Assembly: GCA_043812655.1 (NCBI GenBank)
Contig: JBDRLW010000025.1
Coordinates: 1-62,465, forward strand
DNA: 62,465 nucleotides
Direction: 5' to 3'
From: a bacterium
GTDB lineage: Bacteria; Margulisbacteria; WOR-1; O2-12-FULL-45-9; XYB2-FULL-48-7
Positions 40,942-50,563 of the stretch are shown here, piece by piece. The notes beneath the pieces are model-generated. The model made no database searches. It had not been told where the DNA came from and saw only the letters and a list, made by a program, of their open reading frames with translations. The translations under genes were made by a program, and so were the position numbers. Each line of letters opens with the position of its first letter. Position 1 is the stretch's first letter.

Positions 40942-43900
40942 TAAAAAGACTTGCACTGATCATTATTACATTAATAAGTGTCGCTATTTTGGGTGGCCAG
41001 TCGCAGGCAAGTGTCTCTATACCTGTCTCTTCATCCACTAACCCAGCCGCCTATCGCCTTTATACTGTTGATAACGATCCGACATCTTTCAAGATCAAGA
41101 CCTATGACACCCAAACTTCCAGCTTGATCAACACCACCGCGGCCCTTAATGGCTTGAGTAAAGGGGGCTTACTGGTCAATGCCGCCGGCGACCACCTTTA
41201 TGTCGCGATCGCTGACGGCGCCAATTCTAAAATTCGGGCTTACGAATTAAATGCCAGCGGTGATCTCACCGCCACTTATGTTGATTATGCCCTGCCGCCA
41301 ATTAACGGCGCCGATTGCATCCCATCTGGCATGGCTTTAAGAGGCAATTATCTTTATGTTGCCGATCTCAATAGCCAGAATATCCATGTCATTAATTTAA
41401 GTTCAACAGCCATTACCCATATTAATACCGCCGCTTTAGATATGTATGATATCGCGGTTTCGACCCATCTTTGGACATCAACCACGTTCCCCCAAAAAAC
41501 CTATACGGTCACCGACCTCTACATTACTCAAGGCGGATCAGCCGGCAAGATCATTGTCTATTCTTCGGTTCCACAAGTCCTCCCAACTCAATGGGCCAAA
41601 GTTGGCGAGATCAGTGGGCTGCCCTACCCTCGGTTCATTAAAGCCGTGAACAAGGATCTCTATATCTCGGTCAAAGACAAAGCCACCAAGCGGCATATTA
41701 TAAAATATGATATTACAAATATTATGCCGAGCCGTAAAGGTTCGGTCGGCGCGTCGACATTTGTCGATGATTGGATCGCCTTTGATCTTAATAATGATGG
41801 TAGTTCACTTTACTACACTTGGCCGCAGGGGAATGGGACCACCAAAGTTTACGGCGTCCCCACCAGCCAGCTCGACAACGGCGACAAAGATATTGCCACT
41901 GTCAACTCGGCGGAATTCAACCCAACCGCGCAATTCGATAGCTTAAATGTCGATCCGCGCGGTAATTATTTATGGGCGGCCTATTCGGCCGACGGCAGCG
42001 CTCAAAAGATCCCCTTAACCAGCCCAGCTGCCAGTTTTACTTCTATTGAAGTTAGTGGTCATTTTTCTTACTGGCAAGCGGGAGACCAAAACGCAGGGCT
42101 TTTGCTCGATTCAACCTATCCAATTTCGTGGAGAAGCACGGGCCCAGTCGGCAATGTCGACCTGGTCTACCAAACAAGCGATGGGACCTGGGGAAACATC
42201 GCGCCCAATCTGGCCAACACCGGCTCCGGCACTTACAATTGGACTGTTAGTGGGATTGCACCAGGAACAAAACTTAATGTTTATGTTCGGGCTTCGTCCG
42301 CGCCGCTGATCAACAAAGGATGGATTGTAACCTACACAGTCGGCTCACCTATTACCGTCACGGCTCCCAATGGAGGCCAAACTTTCCACGCTGGCGATCC
42401 AGTCACCATAAATTGGAATCCGGCGGAACTCACCGCTTTTTCTAAAGTTAAAGTCTTGTACACCAACTCATATTCTGACGGCACCCAAAACTGGACCGAG
42501 ACTTTACCTTTTGCCAATCCCTATGTATATAGAGATAATTCCGGCACGGCTACCTGGACAATTCCAGCGGGAGCGGTGGCAGGAAGCAATTATCGGATCA
42601 TGGTCGCCTTAGGCACAACCATTAGCGGACAATATGTCGGCGGCATCAACGCCGGTAATTTTACCGTCGCCCCGGCGGTCCAAATGGGCGATTTTAATCT
42701 GCTCTACCCGCAAAATAATACCCAAACCGGGACCCGGCCAACTTTTAGCTGGGAAGCGTCAAGCAATGCGGTGACCTATGAATTGCACATCAGCAACGAG
42801 GTCAAAGAGATCGCGGTCATAAAAAATATCGCCGGCACCACCTATCAATTGTTGCCAAGCGATGTAACATTAGAGAGGAACAAAGATTATTATTGGCACG
42901 TTGTAGCCGTTAACGGCGGGACCAAGAAACCCAGCACCGGAGAGGCCTGGAAGTTCACCACCTCCGCGGTCGATGTCGCCGGCTCACCCGTTATTTACTG
43001 GACTTCCCCGGCTCACGAGGCAAGAAACGTCCCCAGGGACCAGGACGTGGTCATTACTTTTAACGAGCCGATCGACCAGGCGACATTTAATTATGCCATC
43101 CAATTAGGGACAAATCCAGGCGGCTGGACCTATCTTTGGAGCCCTGATAGTAAAACAGTCACGCTTAGACACTCAAATCCTTTTGCTTTTGAAGGTTACC
43201 GGTTCTTTGTTTCTTCAGCCAAAGATACTGCCGGCAATGATCTAGCCGCCAGCGATAAAGCGGATAATCCCTGGAGATTTACGACCAGGAATTCAACGGA
43301 CCCGAACCAGGCGCCAAACGATTTTAACTTGCTGCTGCCCGACACTAACGCGACGGTCGCGGCAAAACCGACCTTTAGCTGGGAAAGGGCCACCGATCCT
43401 GACGACAACACTGCCGACCTGACCTATAAACTGGAGATCACTACTCTAAACGACACGGCTTTCGCGAACCCTGTCCAAACCGCTAATACTTCCTTAACCA
43501 GCCGGACATTGGTTACCGCCTTAACGGACGGACAATCCTATCTTTGGCGGGTTACGGCCCAAGACCCGTGGAGCGGAGCAAGGGTCAGCACCCCAGCCAG
43601 CCGGCCTTTTACGGTCAATGCCGCGCAAGTTGACACGACCGGCCCAAACACAACCATAACCGCGCCGGCCAACAATGCGGCTGTACAAGGAAACGTTAAT
43701 ATTACGGCCACAATTTCTGATGTCGCAACCGGTAATTCCAATGTTACAGCCGCGGAATATTTTATTGATGCTCAAGGCCCTAATGAGACAGGGTTCCCCA
43801 TGACAGGCTCTTTCTCTTCCCCAACCGAAAATGTGAGCGCTGTTTGGAATGCCGCGTTAGCCTCCGACGGCCCGCACACTATTTTTGTCCATGGCAGAGA

Positions 43901-44843
43901 CGCCGCGGGAAATTGGGGTCTAGCTGTCTCTATCACCGTCACAACGAGCGGGGGACAAATAGCTTCAGTCACCAGCGTCAACATTGTCCGCGACGCAGAT
44001 ACTGTAGGTTCTTCTGTCACCGTCAGCTGGCAGACAAATGCGCCAGCGGTAGATATTTATACTGCCAGCACCTTTACTACCGACCCCACAGCCTGGACAG
44101 TTGCTCCGGGATTTGGTAACATTAGTGATCTGTTTAAAACTGATGCGACCCAAGTGGGACAAGGAACTGCGAAGTATTATAAAGTTGTACCAGCGGGGCA
44201 CACCTTGACTTCTGATGATCTAAAAACCGATGTGGTTGGGAAGTTTGATCTTCATGTTACGGAAGGAAGCAATTTAATCGCTTTACCATTTATTCCAACC
44301 GCAGCGACTGAAATAAATAGTGTGATCGGCAACCAATTAACCGGAGGCACTCCTGGGACCGCCGATAAGATGTATTATTACGATTCTTCTGTCCCGGAAT
44401 GGAAACAAGCCTTTTTAAAAGCTGACACCACATGGTCGGGAACGTTAACCAATATCGAACCTGATAAAGGATATTTTATTACTATTTCTGCTGGCAACCC
44501 GGCAAAAGATGTAACAGTTGTCGGAACGGTATTTAATGGGAACTCAAGAACTATAAATTTATACAAAGACAGCAATATGATCGGTTCTGTTTTCCCCACC
44601 GCTGTTGACGTTAACGTCTCAAGCTTAAACAGTACTTTAACAGGTGGGCTTCCTGGGACCGCTGATAAAGTTGTCTACTGGGATAATGCTGGCCAAGAAT
44701 TTAAACAATCCTTTCTTAGGGCGGACAATACCACCTTCCAGGGAACATTATCACAATTTGAACCGGGCAAGGGATACTACGTCAATAATCAAACCTTGAT
44801 CAACGATCCAAACCCAGAGGTTTGGAATTATACAAGGCCTTAA
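40938..44843 (+). CDS. Secreted multi-domain surface protein (beta-propeller-like N-terminus, Ig-like/Big_5/FN3-like domains, duplicated C-terminal repeat)
   Basis: Canonical Sec signal MIKRLALIIITLISVAILGGQSQA. Big_5-like TSPAHEARNVPRDQDVVITFNEPID. Two copies of the N.I..F...LTGG.PGTADK...W/F..GTL...EP.KGY repeat at the C-terminus. Confidence 0.8.
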   Translation: MIKRLALIIITLISVAILGGQSQASVSIPVSSSTNPAAYRLYTVDNDPTSFKIKTYDTQTSSLINTTAALNGLSKGGLLVNAAGDHLYVAIADGANSKIRAYELNASGDLTATYVDYALPPINGADCIPSGMALRGNYLYVADLNSQNIHVINLSSTAITHINTAALDMYDIAVSTHLWTSTTFPQKTYTVTDLYITQGGSAGKIIVYSSVPQVLPTQWAKVGEISGLPYPRFIKAVNKDLYISVKDKATKRHIIKYDITNIMPSRKGSVGASTFVDDWIAFDLNNDGSSLYYTWPQGNGTTKVYGVPTSQLDNGDKDIATVNSAEFNPTAQFDSLNVDPRGNYLWAAYSADGSAQKIPLTSPAASFTSIEVSGHFSYWQAGDQNAGLLLDSTYPISWRSTGPVGNVDLVYQTSDGTWGNIAPNLANTGSGTYNWTVSGIAPGTKLNVYVRASSAPLINKGWIVTYTVGSPITVTAPNGGQTFHAGDPVTINWNPAELTAFSKVKVLYTNSYSDGTQNWTETLPFANPYVYRDNSGTATWTIPAGAVAGSNYRIMVALGTTISGQYVGGINAGNFTVAPAVQMGDFNLLYPQNNTQTGTRPTFSWEASSNAVTYELHISNEVKEIAVIKNIAGTTYQLLPSDVTLERNKDYYWHVVAVNGGTKKPSTGEAWKFTTSAVDVAGSPVIYWTSPAHEARNVPRDQDVVITFNEPIDQATFNYAIQLGTNPGGWTYLWSPDSKTVTLRHSNPFAFEGYRFFVSSAKDTAGNDLAASDKADNPWRFTTRNSTDPNQAPNDFNLLLPDTNATVAAKPTFSWERATDPDDNTADLTYKLEITTLNDTAFANPVQTANTSLTSRTLVTALTDGQSYLWRVTAQDPWSGARVSTPASRPFTVNAAQVDTTGPNTTITAPANNAAVQGNVNITATISDVATGNSNVTAAEYFIDAQGPNETGFPMTGSFSSPTENVSAVWNAALASDGPHTIFVHGRDAAGNWGLAVSITVTTSGGQIASVTSVNIVRDADTVGSSVTVSWQTNAPAVDIYTASTFTTDPTAWTVAPGFGNISDLFKTDATQVGQGTAKYYKVVPAGHTLTSDDLKTDVVGKFDLHVTEGSNLIALPFIPTAATEINSVIGNQLTGGTPGTADKMYYYDSSVPEWKQAFLKADTTWSGTLTNIEPDKGYFITISAGNPAKDVTVVGTVFNGNSRTINLYKDSNMIGSVFPTAVDVNVSSLNSTLTGGLPGTADKVVYWDNAGQEFKQSFLRADNTTFQGTLSQFEPGKGYYVNNQTLINDPNPEVWNYTRP

Positions 44844-44858
44844 GAAATGGAGGAAAAA

Positions 44859-47800
44859 ATGAATACATTAAAATTGTCTAATTTAGTAAAGGGGCTTGGA
44901 AAGGTTGCCCTATTAGTCGGGGTTATTTTCCTATCAACGGCAAGTGCCGCCAATGCCACCGTTTACTTTTCGATCAATGCTGGAGCCGACGGCGGAAACG
45001 TGACGGCCACCGGTGGTATTGCTTTTGAAAATGGTGGAGTCACTAGATTAGACGGAACAGATGCCGCCGGTAATTCTGGCGCAACAGGCAGTTTAGTGCA
45101 GTATATTCGGGTTGGTTCAGACGGTGTTAATAGTGGGCCCGACGCAACTCAAGCAAATTATGTAAGCCCTAACGATGTGTTAGTTGCCTCAAAAGTCGTT
45201 GGTAACGATTCTGTCTGGTTAACCTTTAGTAATCAGGATGGTCTTTTCTATCATAGCGTCGCTGGTAATTTTGCTGGAGCAGATACTAATGCCGCTAAAA
45301 TATATGTAAGGGTCTGGAATCGAGATACAATTGCAAATTCGACATATTATGTAGACTCTGGATTACTAACGCCAAATACCAGCACAACTGTTCAACCTCA
45401 ACCTAATGATGTAGGAACAGGAAATTTAACTTGTAGTTTAGCTAAACCAGTAGCCAATGTCGCGCCTAACGCTCCAGCTTCTTTAGCTCAAGCGGTCGCT
45501 AATAACGCTTGGGTTAACGCGAATTTCAACGTCACTATGAGCATGACGGATACCAACAACCCAGACACTTTAACCCCGCAAGTTGAAGTTGTGACCGGCG
45601 CTTTTACCAACACACCAAACATGACTGGCACAGCCGTGGCTTACAGCGGCGCGGCCGTAACCGGAACCGTTTCCATTAACGTCGCTTCTTTGAGCGACGG
45701 AACTTACAAATGGCAGGCGCGCGTCAGAGACGCGGCCAGCGCGACTTCTGGTTTCACCGCTTACAGCGGCAACCCAAGCGCTTTCCGCGTTGATAAAACC
45801 GGCCCGACCATTGGCACGATCACTTCACCCTCTTCGCCGAGAAACAATACCAGCTTGAGCTTTTCCTGGACAGCAGCGACCGACAGTGGTTCCGGGCTGG
45901 CAGCGACTGCCTACTATTATCTGCGGGATGCCAGCGCTTCAACCACCGCTTCTACGGTCAGAAGCAATGGAACGAATATTGCCGGGACTAGCGTCACAGT
46001 AACAGGCAGCGCGGGGAATAATTACCTGCACATCGTCGCGGTTGACGCTTTAGGCAACGTTTCCAGCGTCGCGCATTCCAGCCTGGTGGTGGTTGACACA
46101 ACAGCTCCAACTATTTCCAGCACAACTCCATCTAATAATGCCACAAATGTCGCCACCGGACAGCAAGTTGTCATCAATTTCAGTGAGGCAATTAATACCG
46201 GCTCCTTCGCTTACTCAATGAACCCTGACCCAGGAGGAAGGTCTACTGCTTGGAGCAATGGCAACGCTACCGCATCTATAAGCCATAACGCCTTTAACAC
46301 TTCAACTAGCTATACGGTAACTGTTACCGCGGCGCCTGACGCCGCTGGCAACGCTTTAGCCGGCGGAGGCGCGGCCAATCCTTTCTCGTTCACCACCGCG
46401 GTAGCGGCCAACAACCCGCCAACCGCGCCGGCTTTGACAGCGCCAGCTAACAGCGCCACTGGCATCGCGGTCCGGCCAACCTTTACTTGGAACGCGTCAA
46501 CCGATCCCGACGCTGGCGATACCATCACTTACTCGCTGGTCGTCAGCCCTAACGCTAACTTGAGCAATCCGGTCATCAACCAAACCGGGTTAAGCGCCAC
46601 CAATTATCCAGCCACCGCCGACTTGGCCAATAATAACTTGTACTATTGGAGAGTAACTGCTGTCGACAATCGCGGCGGCTCTACCAATTCGAGCACCTGG
46701 TCATTTACAACCATTCCAGGAGCTGTAACCCTGACATCGATCGCGATCACTCCCGCTAACCCGACCATTAACGTCAGCGGCACCCAGCAATTCACGGCTA
46801 TCGGGACATATTCTAACGGCACAACCCAAACTATTACCACTACTGTAAATTGGAATAGCGCGACTACTGCCGTAGCAACTATTAATACCAGCGGCTTAGC
46901 GACCGGCGTTTTCGCCGGGACCAGCGTGATCAGCGCCAGCCTCTCCGGCGTTACCAGCAACACGCAAACCTTGGCTGTCCAAGATGGCGACGGCACCGTC
47001 CCAACTATCGACACCGTGACTCCAGATCCCGCGACGATCGGACAAACGATGATCATCAGCGGCAGTAATTTTGGCACCTGGACTGGCTCGCAGTTTGTCG
47101 CCTTCGTCAACAACCTTGGGGATGTCGGAAACTTTGTGCTCCCAACAAGCTGGAGCGACACCTCAATCACAGTAAACGTCCCTTCTGGTTTAAATGCAGG
47201 TACGGCTTACGTTGTGGTTGGACTTTCTCCAACTGCAAGTGCCTCCAAACAATTTACCATTGACAACGGCACGATCGAAGCCGTCTATATCGATGATTTT
47301 GAGGGTGGCTGTGTCGGTAATTACCAAGCGCCGGCCAACAACTCCGGCTATTATTCGTTCGATAACGGCATCACCCCGGCTAACGCGACAATAAACGCCG
47401 ATTTGAGGCAGGCCGAAGCTCTCCACGACGGGAGCCTAGGGGCCAAAGTCAAATATTCTTATACCACCGGCTACGGCGGCGGCTGGGGCGCGGCTTTAGC
47501 CACAACACGCGACCTATCCAGCGCCAACTATATCAGCTTTAACATCCAATGGGACGGCTCAACCAACGACCTTAAACTCGGCTTTAAAGACAGCAGCGGC
47601 CACGTCTATTCCGCGACTGTCCCGAACGCGACCCTGGCCGCTTTCAACAGCGCCTACGGGAAGGTCACGCTCAATAAATCGGCGTTCAGCGAAGATACCG
47701 GGGATAGCACCCGCACCGCCGGCGCAATTGATTGGTCCAAGATCACTAATTACAACTTTATCTATGCCACTACAGGCACAACCGCCAACTACCATTATAT

Positions 47801-48437
47801 TGATTCGCTGGTCGCGACCGTTTCGCGCGAATCAACCCCTCCGACCGGAAACGAGCCATTGATCACTCTTATTACGCCGCCGGCCGCGCCCGCCGGAACA
47901 AGGATCGTGGTTACCGGCCTCCGCTTCGGCGATAAACAGTCAGAAAGCACTCTTGCCTTTAATAACCTGACCACTAAAGTCGCCTACCCGGCAAACATCA
48001 TCGCCTGGAGCGACACTTCGATCACCGCGATCGTGCCGCAAACGGCCACCATCGGTACTTACGAAGTTAAAGTAACCCGCAGTTGGACGGCCCAAGGCGT
48101 GGTTAACGCGCTAGAATCATTGCCGGCCGATTTCCAAGTTACTTCCTCCAGCGCGGGCGGTACGGTCACCAGCTGGCCCAATCCGTTCAACGCCGGCAAA
48201 GAATCGATCAACCTCGCCTTCACGCTCCCGGCGGGGACGACCAACGTTGGCGTCTATATTTTCGACATGACCGCGAAACTGGTCAATAAGCAATTGATCA
48301 CCGCCAACCAAACAACTTGGAACGGCAACGACATGGCCGGGACTCTCGTCGGCGACGGCGCTTACATCATTAGAGTTATCAACGAGGATAACAAGTCCCT
48401 GATCGCCAAGGGCAAGATCCTCGTGGTAAAGCGATAA
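44859..48437 (+). CDS. Secreted Ig-like/Big_5/Big_2/IPT-TIG/CBM11-like protein with C-terminal T9SS type A-like (FlgD-Ig) sorting domain
   Basis: Start moved to ATG 44859, which follows GGAGG. Sec signal ends ASAANA. CBM11-like IDDFEG...GGGWG...DLSSANYISFNIQWDG. C-terminus WPNPFN...IFDMTAKLV...WNGNDMAG...GAYIIRV...KGKILVVKR. Confidence 0.82.
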   Translation: MNTLKLSNLVKGLGKVALLVGVIFLSTASAANATVYFSINAGADGGNVTATGGIAFENGGVTRLDGTDAAGNSGATGSLVQYIRVGSDGVNSGPDATQANYVSPNDVLVASKVVGNDSVWLTFSNQDGLFYHSVAGNFAGADTNAAKIYVRVWNRDTIANSTYYVDSGLLTPNTSTTVQPQPNDVGTGNLTCSLAKPVANVAPNAPASLAQAVANNAWVNANFNVTMSMTDTNNPDTLTPQVEVVTGAFTNTPNMTGTAVAYSGAAVTGTVSINVASLSDGTYKWQARVRDAASATSGFTAYSGNPSAFRVDKTGPTIGTITSPSSPRNNTSLSFSWTAATDSGSGLAATAYYYLRDASASTTASTVRSNGTNIAGTSVTVTGSAGNNYLHIVAVDALGNVSSVAHSSLVVVDTTAPTISSTTPSNNATNVATGQQVVINFSEAINTGSFAYSMNPDPGGRSTAWSNGNATASISHNAFNTSTSYTVTVTAAPDAAGNALAGGGAANPFSFTTAVAANNPPTAPALTAPANSATGIAVRPTFTWNASTDPDAGDTITYSLVVSPNANLSNPVINQTGLSATNYPATADLANNNLYYWRVTAVDNRGGSTNSSTWSFTTIPGAVTLTSIAITPANPTINVSGTQQFTAIGTYSNGTTQTITTTVNWNSATTAVATINTSGLATGVFAGTSVISASLSGVTSNTQTLAVQDGDGTVPTIDTVTPDPATIGQTMIISGSNFGTWTGSQFVAFVNNLGDVGNFVLPTSWSDTSITVNVPSGLNAGTAYVVVGLSPTASASKQFTIDNGTIEAVYIDDFEGGCVGNYQAPANNSGYYSFDNGITPANATINADLRQAEALHDGSLGAKVKYSYTTGYGGGWGAALATTRDLSSANYISFNIQWDGSTNDLKLGFKDSSGHVYSATVPNATLAAFNSAYGKVTLNKSAFSEDTGDSTRTAGAIDWSKITNYNFIYATTGTTANYHYIDSLVATVSRESTPPTGNEPLITLITPPAAPAGTRIVVTGLRFGDKQSESTLAFNNLTTKVAYPANIIAWSDTSITAIVPQTATIGTYEVKVTRSWTAQGVVNALESLPADFQVTSSSAGGTVTSWPNPFNAGKESINLAFTLPAGTTNVGVYIFDMTAKLVNKQLITANQTTWNGNDMAGTLVGDGAYIIRVINEDNKSLIAKGKILVVKR

Positions 48438-48439
48438 GG

Positions 48440-48467
48440 TGAAATTAATTATGAAACTTAACGATAT
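48440..48467 (+). promoter_or_regulatory. Sigma-28-like promoter motif copy 8
   Basis: TGAAAT 48440-48445 and AACGATAT 48460-48467. This implies the downstream CDS starts at 48487 rather than 48439. Confidence 0.78.
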
Positions 48468-48486
48468 ATATATGGAGAGAGATAGA

Positions 48487-50433
48487 ATGAACAAATTACA
48501 AATAACAAATGACAAACAATTCCAAAATACTAAATTTCAATATCTAAACAAATTCCGGTCATTGATTATTGGAGTTTTGGTATTATTTGGAATTTGGTGC
48601 TTGGGATTTGGTTATTTGCCCGCCAGGGCTGATGGTTATTTAAGCGATCCAACGATCATTGGTGTTGGCGCCCGTCCGCTCGGCATGGGTAAAGCCTATG
48701 TCGCGGTCGCCGAAGACGGCGATGCCGTTTTCACGAACCCGGCCGGGATAGCCCGCGCCGTTAACCCAAAACTTACCAGCATGTATACTTCCCTGATGGG
48801 CGATGTCAGCTACTTGGTAGTTGGCGGCGTCTATCCAATGGGAAATAGATCGGCGGTCGGCGCCGGGTTGATCAATTCCAGGGTCAGCGATATTACCTTG
48901 ACCGACTCGACCGGCTTGCCTCTTGGGAGCGGCAGTTGGGGAAATACTGTTTTGATCCTCTCCTACGGGACTTATCTTAACGAATATTTTACTTTGGACC
49001 GCGATATCCCTATCGGCGCCAGCTTGAAATATTTCAGCGTTGGCGGCGAGGGGACCGGCGTCTCCGACGCTTCCGGCTCCGGTTTTGACCTTGACCTTGG
49101 CGTTTTATACCCGGTCAACAATTACTTGACCTTAGGCGCCAATGCCCAAAACATTTTGCCAAGTTCGATCGCTAAGATCACTAAATCGACCGGCTCCGAC
49201 GGCATCCCCGCCACTATAAAGGTGGGGGCCAAAGTCGCTATTTTAGGCAAAGAGGGCGAAGCCTTGGTCGCCAGCGGCAACCGGAAGCTTTACGGCAATA
49301 TTGATTATGATTATAACGGCAGCCGTCCCGGCGTGGCCCATTACGGCCTCGAACTCTGGCCGGTCAACAACCTCGCTTTAAGAGCCGGGTTTGACGATAA
49401 AGACCTGACCGCCGGTATCGGTTTTAGGGTGGCTGGCGTTGAATTTAACTACGCCTATCATCCCTATTCTGGAATTAATGAGAACACGACCCAGTATTTT
49501 TCCATCGGCTACCTGGGTGAACCGCGGCAAAGAGAGCTAAAGGTCAAGCTCGACAGCCCGGCCGATAAATCCGTGGTCTACAGCGATAACGTGACCGTTT
49601 CCGGCAAGATCGAGATCATCGAAGGCGACGACCCATCACCGGCCGGCCTTTTAACCGTTAGATTAAACGACGCCGTTGTCCCCGTCAACGCCGACAATAC
49701 TTTCTCGGCCGAGATCCCGCTCTCAAAACACGGTAAAAACTTGGTCACTGTCATCGCTGCCGACAGCGCCGGCAATACCGGCAATCTCGAGGCCCGGCTC
49801 GTCCGGCTCACCTCCTTTGCCGACGTCCCCGAAGGTTATTGGGCGAAACTGCCGATCGAAAACAACGCGACCGTCGGCATGGTCAACGGTTATCCCGACG
49901 GAACTTTTAGGCCGAATTCAGCCCTCACCCGGGCCGAATTGGCGACCCTCCTGGTCCGGGCCAAAGGGATCAAACTCCCCGCCACCCCGCGCCAAGTATT
50001 TAAAGACGTGAAAAAAGATTTCTGGGCGGCCAAATATATCGAAGTCGCCCAAAAAGAAGGGCTAGTCAAGGGTTATCCCGACAAGACCTTTAGGCCCAAC
50101 AACAAGATCAACAAGGTTGAAGGCATTGCGGTCATGGTCCGCTTTGACCAGCTCAAACTGGCCGATGTCGACGCCAAACCATACTGGGACGTTTCGACCA
50201 GCCATTGGGCGGCTAAGCATGTCCAAGCCGCTAAGGAAGCCGGGATGCTCTCCTTCACCAATAATAACAGGCTCTTGCCAAAAAGCCCGCTCGCCCGCTC
50301 CCAAGCGGTCGAAATGCTGGGTAAAACCAGCCTGGCCGGCGGCAAGATCAAAGATCTTTATTCCTGGGAAAAAGGCTTTAAGCCGGAAACGACTCCAATC
50401 AACCGCCCGCAGATCAAGGCGTCGATCAACTAA
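48487..50433 (+). CDS. PorV/PorQ-family outer-membrane beta-barrel fused to an Ig-like domain and three S-layer homology (SLH) domains
   Basis: GVGARPLGMGKAYVAVAEDGDAVFTNPAGIA (PorV/FadL-type N-terminus), LALRAG and NYAY. SLH motifs FADVPEGYWA...GYPDGTFRPN..TRAE, FKDVKKDFWA...GYPDKTFRPN and WDVSTSHWA. GGAGAG SD before ATG 48487. Confidence 0.85.
   Translation: MNKLQITNDKQFQNTKFQYLNKFRSLIIGVLVLFGIWCLGFGYLPARADGYLSDPTIIGVGARPLGMGKAYVAVAEDGDAVFTNPAGIARAVNPKLTSMYTSLMGDVSYLVVGGVYPMGNRSAVGAGLINSRVSDITLTDSTGLPLGSGSWGNTVLILSYGTYLNEYFTLDRDIPIGASLKYFSVGGEGTGVSDASGSGFDLDLGVLYPVNNYLTLGANAQNILPSSIAKITKSTGSDGIPATIKVGAKVAILGKEGEALVASGNRKLYGNIDYDYNGSRPGVAHYGLELWPVNNLALRAGFDDKDLTAGIGFRVAGVEFNYAYHPYSGINENTTQYFSIGYLGEPRQRELKVKLDSPADKSVVYSDNVTVSGKIEIIEGDDPSPAGLLTVRLNDAVVPVNADNTFSAEIPLSKHGKNLVTVIAADSAGNTGNLEARLVRLTSFADVPEGYWAKLPIENNATVGMVNGYPDGTFRPNSALTRAELATLLVRAKGIKLPATPRQVFKDVKKDFWAAKYIEVAQKEGLVKGYPDKTFRPNNKINKVEGIAVMVRFDQLKLADVDAKPYWDVSTSHWAAKHVQAAKEAGMLSFTNNNRLLPKSPLARSQAVEMLGKTSLAGGKIKDLYSWEKGFKPETTPINRPQIKASIN
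48492..48618. repeat. Heptamer-based imperfect inverted repeat within the 5' end of the PorV-SLH gene
   Basis: The left arm reads CAAATTA CAAATAA CAAATGA...; the reverse complement of the right arm reads CAAATAA CCAAATC CCAAGCA CCAAATT CCAAATA... Confidence 0.65.
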
Positions 50434-50435
50434 TA

Positions 50436-50506
50436 AAAAAGGCGTAGGCGTAGGATAAGGCATAGGTACCTTTTCCTATGCCTGCGCCTATGCCTTTTTC
50501 CTCCCC
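50436..50506 (+). terminator. Hexamer-repeat hairpin (REP-like / intrinsic terminator) downstream of the PorV-SLH gene
   Basis: AAAAAGGCGTAGGCGTAGG..GGCATAGG pairs with CCTATGCCTGCGCCTATGCCTTTTT. A-tract on the 5' side, T-tract on the 3' side. Confidence 0.7.
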
Positions 50507-50527
50507 ACTCCTTCCCCCAAAATCACC

Positions 50528-50555
50528 TGAAATCCCGCCCAATAACAGCCGATGA
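50528..50555 (+). promoter_or_regulatory. Sigma-28-like promoter motif copy 9
   Basis: TGAAAT 50528-50533 and GCCGATGA 50548-50555. Shares 15 bp (AAAATCACCTGAAAT) with copy 2. Confidence 0.72.
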
Positions 50556-50563
50556 ATGACCAA

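Noticed and set aside
48439..48486. ORF-track start of the PorV-SLH gene at 48439 (likewise 50552, 44847 and 52617)
   Set aside because: These starts fall within promoter motifs or upstream of the SD. Downstream ATGs at 48487, 50564, 44859 and 52644 fit better.
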